DNA of 64,000 nucleotides from Alkalispirochaeta sp. (lineage in GTDB: Bacteria > Spirochaetota > Spirochaetia > DSM-27196 > Alkalispirochaetaceae): positions 1-64,000 of the forward strand of contig CBDESZ010000007.1 in assembly GCA_965242725.1 (NCBI GenBank), given 5' to 3'. The notes below the pieces were generated by a model, which was given only the letters and a program-made list of their open reading frames with translations, did no database searches and was not told the DNA's origin. Below, piece after piece: positions 60,146-64,000 of the stretch. Position numbers and translations under genes: made by a program. The number at the start of each line of letters is the position of its first letter. The first letter of the stretch is position 1.

Positions 60146-62092
60146 TCAGCAACCCGGTATCCACACCTTCATCTTGCCGGCACGTCGATTGTCCCAGAGA
60201 AAATACGGTATCGCCGTAAGCTCAACGGCTTGTCGGGGCAGAGACGGCTCATAATAAAGCACATCGTCCGAGGACCCGTCCCGGTCGCGCCACCCCTCAA
60301 TTTTCAGTGCAACGGCAGATTCCGGGAGCTCCGCACTGTGCTCCTCTTCTATCCCTGCAGTCAGAGAGGCGGAAGCCACATCCATGGCGGTTCCGTTGTC
60401 CACTTCCTCAAAGCAGTAGACGAGGGGCCCCCTGGCGTAGGCGACCTTGGCGCGGTTCTCCGCCACGCGCGGGTCGGCTCTGAGCACTCGGGGGGCCATC
60501 GGGAGGTCCAGGGACAACGAGGCTCTTCCCTCCCACTGCCGTTCTACAATGAGATAGCCCCGCTCCACGCGACGGTCCACCGGCTCCCCATTCAGGGAAA
60601 GACGGTACTCTCCGGCCCAGGAGGGCAGTCGCAGCATGAGTTTTCCCGTTACCGGACTCTCCGGCTCTACTTCGATTTCGATCTCTCCCTCCCGGGGATA
60701 GTGGTGACGCTGGGTGATTCTCGCAGGTACACCGTTGAGGTCCACCCCGGCGTGCCCGGCAATGTATAGATTGACGTAGCAGCCGTCCCGGTCGGAGGCG
60801 TAGATGTATCCACCCAGGGATCCGATAAGCCGGGCGGCATTCGGCGGGCAGCAGGCGCATTCAAACCACGGTTCACGGTGGTGGTCGCCTTCGCTTTCCA
60901 GAGGATTGATGTAGAAAAAGCGCTCACCGTCGTGGGAGACCCCTGCAAGAAAGGCGTTGTAGAGCACCCGTTCCGCCAGATCGTAGTATTTTCCTTCACC
61001 GGTCAGCCGGAACATCCGGAAGTTCCAGAGAAAAGAGCCTACGGAAGCACAGGTTTCGGAATAGGCCGTGCGGTTGGGCAAGTCGTAGGGGTCCGTGAAT
61101 CCTTCATTCCCGTGGGAGGAACCGATGCCGCCGGTGACGTACATCTTGCGCCGTGTCATATCCTCCCAGAGCGCTTTTAGCTGATCCCGCATCGCTTCAT
61201 CTCCCGTCTCCAGCGCCACGTCCGCCATGCCGCAATACTGATACACCGCACGAACGGCGTGGCCGACTACTTCCCGCTGCTTCCGGAGGGGAAGGTGATC
61301 CTGGGCGTAGGAGCCGTCGTAGTTACCAAACTCATCGAGGAAAAGAGCCCGCACATGTGCGGCAAAGTCGGGATAGCCCTGGACCCGTTTTCCGGCAATT
61401 TGGTCAAGCCGGGCAAACTCCCGGGCAAAGAGAGAAGGCTCTCGACCTCTCCGTTCCAGGAAGAGCCGGGCTAACTCCAGATATCGGGACACACCTGTTT
61501 CGCGATAGAGTGAGACCAGGGCTAGTTCCAGCTCCTGATGTCCCGGATAGCCGCTCCTTCCATCGGGACCAAAGACCTCGTAGATATAGTCCACAAAGCG
61601 TATCGCCACATTCAGGAGGCGCTCGTCACCGGTGGCCCGTTTGTATACGAGGGCCGCCTCCACCAGATGACCGGCACAGAAGAGCTCATGCATGAAGTTG
61701 AGATTGGTCCACCGCTTGTCGGGTTCACTGAGGGTGAAATAGGTGTTGAGGTATCCATCTTCCTGTTGCGCCGCTTCGATGAGATCGATAATGCCATCCA
61801 GTTCTTCCTTAAGCTCCTCGTCCGGAAAAAGCAGGAGAGAATGCGAGGCCGCTTCCAGAACCTTGTAGACGTCGGAATCATTGTAGAGCATACCCACAAA
61901 GCCACCGCGCTCTCTTCCCGCAGCCCGTGCAAAGTTGCCGATCCGCCCCGTTTCCTTCAGGTTATCCAACAAACGCCGAATCGTGACGTTATGGTTTGTC
62001 TGCTGCCGGGGCTGCCAGAAATCGTCCCGTATCGTTACCTGTTCCGGAGAAACGGGGACTCGTGGGGTTATTTCATCTGTGCGGTTTTTCAC
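60146..62092 (-). CDS. Glycoside hydrolase family 127 (beta-L-arabinofuranosidase-like)
   Basis: Motifs DSDVYKVLEA, HELFCAGH, GHAVRA, ETCAS, CACCPPN and IPYFLWDNR. Confidence 0.93.
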   Translation of the reverse strand: MKNRTDEITPRVPVSPEQVTIRDDFWQPRQQTNHNVTIRRLLDNLKETGRIGNFARAAGRERGGFVGMLYNDSDVYKVLEAASHSLLLFPDEELKEELDGIIDLIEAAQQEDGYLNTYFTLSEPDKRWTNLNFMHELFCAGHLVEAALVYKRATGDERLLNVAIRFVDYIYEVFGPDGRSGYPGHQELELALVSLYRETGVSRYLELARLFLERRGREPSLFAREFARLDQIAGKRVQGYPDFAAHVRALFLDEFGNYDGSYAQDHLPLRKQREVVGHAVRAVYQYCGMADVALETGDEAMRDQLKALWEDMTRRKMYVTGGIGSSHGNEGFTDPYDLPNRTAYSETCASVGSFLWNFRMFRLTGEGKYYDLAERVLYNAFLAGVSHDGERFFYINPLESEGDHHREPWFECACCPPNAARLIGSLGGYIYASDRDGCYVNLYIAGHAGVDLNGVPARITQRHHYPREGEIEIEVEPESPVTGKLMLRLPSWAGEYRLSLNGEPVDRRVERGYLIVERQWEGRASLSLDLPMAPRVLRADPRVAENRAKVAYARGPLVYCFEEVDNGTAMDVASASLTAGIEEEHSAELPESAVALKIEGWRDRDGSSDDVLYYEPSLPRQAVELTAIPYFLWDNRRAGKMKVWIPGC

Positions 62093-62105
62093 TGGGAAGC
62101 TCTCC

Positions 62106-64000
62106 TCATACTACGTATGCCCCCGACATAAAGGGCACCGTGATTCGTCGGGTTACCCGATCATCCCGGACAACCCTGAGACGCACGGCGTCACTGTCAA
62201 CAATCTCCACCTCGCATCCTTCGGTTTCCGTCAGCTTCGGTACCAGTCGCTCAGGCCGACTTAAGTAGAGATCCACCTGTCTTCTGCCCTCCGATTCCAA
62301 CGTCATGTGGAGCTGCAGTTCTTCCGGGTCAAACCTCAACTCGGTAATTCCCGCCGCACCGGTGAGATGGGCGGAGGAGCCGAGATAGTGTGGGACGGTC
62401 ACGTCGAGCACACGGGTGATCAGCAGGCCGGCAGCCTCACAGGACTCCAGTCGCACCGTGAAAGACGATTCCTCCCCGGAAAGCAACCGGATCAGCTTCT
62501 GATCCCAAAAGGAATAGAGCCAGACGACCCTCCCGTGAGACCCTTCCGGAAAGAGCGTTTCCGCAGGTACGGCAATTTCCCGTGCCCGGTCGGTATCCCA
62601 ATTGAAGAGAGCGAGAAACTCCCGTTCCCCAAAGGAAAAGTGTCGCCGTTTTGTCCATATCCGCGGCGGGTCACAGGAGGGATAGTCCACGGGCTGCGCC
62701 GCGACGCCGTCGGGCGGCATAATAGCGAGAAGCTCATTCAGCCGATCCTCGCCGATTTCCCTCAGGAAGCCGCCCAGCAGCGCCCGATAGCCGAGCGTAC
62801 CGTACAGCGTCATCGCGGTCCGCGCGCGTCTCCGGCTCTGCCAGCTCCGGTTGGACCAGGCGTCCCAGCAGGCGGGACGGGGAGACGGGTCCATATACTC
62901 CAGATCAAAGTCCACCAAGTCTCCGTCGGGGCCGAGGCGGCACGCCACTTCCGACGCGATATTTCCCTCTGCACCCGGCCGCCAGTCCTCCGCCGGCCGG
63001 AATCCGTCGACGATACCCAGGACCGGCGCCAGGGGACACATGCACGCTTCAAGGTACACCTCCGGGCCCAGGGCGCTGCGAATCGCCGCAAATCGGGAGC
63101 GGATTCCCTCGGCCATGGTCACGCGGTCGTCGGCACTCTCGTAGTCGGTACTTACAAAGTCAAACATGAGATAGTCGAAACCCCACTCTTCCGCGATCCG
63201 TCGATAGAGCTCCCCGGCAATACGGTCCTGCTCCCCACTGCCTCCCGCCAGGTTCAGAAAGGGCCGGGAGTCGAGGGCCGGTGTAAACCCGTGACGGCGA
63301 ACCTCATCCGTTACGGACTGCACGCCCTCGGGATACCGCTCAGCCAGATCGAAGTCCGTAATAAACCCGTGGGTAAGCACCCGGTCCGGAATCGATTCGG
63401 CATCCCGGTCGGGCCAGGGACGGTCGCCGGTGGGCGGGAGCTTTCCCGCGGGTCCGCTGCTGTATCGGCTGAACTGCATCTTGAAAAGGTCAAAACCACG
63501 TTCTTCCAGCCCCTGTTCGCGCGTCCAGTCCAGAATGTCCCGAAAGAACTCCGGTGTGGCGTCCCGCTGCGGATGGTCCGGCCGCGACGCAATGGAGTAG
63601 CCGGAAAAGATTCCGCCGCGGTGCGCCGGAGGTCCCGGTCTCCTGCGGGTCTCCCCGGTCGTCGCGCTCTTCGTCACGCCATCCGTCGCCCCGCTCGTCT
63701 TCCCGGTCGTCACTTCATCCGTGGTGCCGTTCGCCTCCCCGATCGTCTCCGCAAGACGGGCAAAATACTCCTCCCGCGCCCCGGTCAGGGTCTCACCGGT
63801 GCATATGCGCAGTTCCCGGAGGGCAAATGTACCGCCCGGGGGCAGCCGTAACGGCGTTCCCGACCGGTCGACCGAGAGATCGGCCAGGAGGGCGAGGGAT
63901 AGTACGCCCAGGTAGGAGCGCGCCCTGATACGGACCTGTCCATTGGCCCAGCTTCCGATCCCGGCGTACAGGGACGGCTCGTCCCGCCCTGTGCTCATGC
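62106..64000 (-). CDS. Large protein resembling clan-D (GH27/GH36) glycosidases; 5' end probably outside the window
   Basis: Motifs ERYPEGV...HGFTP, WGFDYLMFDF, IRSALGPEV.L.AC, ALFNW and LYSFW resemble alpha-galactosidase-like barrels. The frame is open to the window edge. Confidence 0.55.
   Translation of the reverse strand, partial: MSTGRDEPSLYAGIGSWANGQVRIRARSYLGVLSLALLADLSVDRSGTPLRLPPGGTFALRELRICTGETLTGAREEYFARLAETIGEANGTTDEVTTGKTSGATDGVTKSATTGETRRRPGPPAHRGGIFSGYSIASRPDHPQRDATPEFFRDILDWTREQGLEERGFDLFKMQFSRYSSGPAGKLPPTGDRPWPDRDAESIPDRVLTHGFITDFDLAERYPEGVQSVTDEVRRHGFTPALDSRPFLNLAGGSGEQDRIAGELYRRIAEEWGFDYLMFDFVSTDYESADDRVTMAEGIRSRFAAIRSALGPEVYLEACMCPLAPVLGIVDGFRPAEDWRPGAEGNIASEVACRLGPDGDLVDFDLEYMDPSPRPACWDAWSNRSWQSRRRARTAMTLYGTLGYRALLGGFLREIGEDRLNELLAIMPPDGVAAQPVDYPSCDPPRIWTKRRHFSFGEREFLALFNWDTDRAREIAVPAETLFPEGSHGRVVWLYSFWDQKLIRLLSGEESSFTVRLESCEAAGLLITRVLDVTVPHYLGSSAHLTGAAGITELRFDPEELQLHMTLESEGRRQVDLYLSRPERLVPKLTETEGCEVEIVDSDAVRLRVVRDDRVTRRITVPFMSGAYVV

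Noticed and set aside
1..64000. CRISPR array, tRNA/rRNA, prophage, IS/integron or defence system
   Set aside because: I recognised no repeat-spacer periodicity, RNA gene signature, or integrase, transposase, phage or nuclease motifs by eye. Covariance-model and HMM searches would be needed to exclude them fully.

Overview
A gene-dense, GC-rich bacterial window, probably from a free-living spirochaete. That assignment is inferred from the 'FGSGQRE'-type solute-binding-protein N-terminus, the lipoproteins and a FliM-like sequence. I found no rRNA, tRNA, CRISPR array, integrase or transposase. From left to right it contains: (1) a minus-strand locus with a branched-chain-type ABC permease fragment, an MFS transporter, a three-subunit xanthine-dehydrogenase-family molybdoenzyme and an atypical PPDK-like protein; (2) a sigma54-driven sugar ABC operon carrying its own sensor kinase, an NtrC-type regulator and two ABC exporters; (3) signalling genes (MCP, domain-permuted FliM/FliN-like protein, HD-GYP, GAF pseudo-kinase) with aconitase and redox enzymes; (4) a PruR-like lipoprotein coupled to a hybrid kinase, and a GGDEF protein; (5) an RNHCP gene behind a leader-peptide attenuator; (6) an Omp85-like gene and a TolC/MFP/RND efflux plus two-component operon that share an OmpR-type box; (7) LysE/MocR, an AAC(6')-I-like acetyltransferase, hypothetical proteins and a GH127/C-S lyase cluster. 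Several genes are broken by single-base indels, mostly in homopolymers, which are most likely long-read errors. The best candidates for undescribed biology are the PPDK-like fusion locus, the PruR-like sensor pair, the permuted FliM-like protein and the RNHCP attenuator. All calls come from reading motifs by eye; no searches were run.
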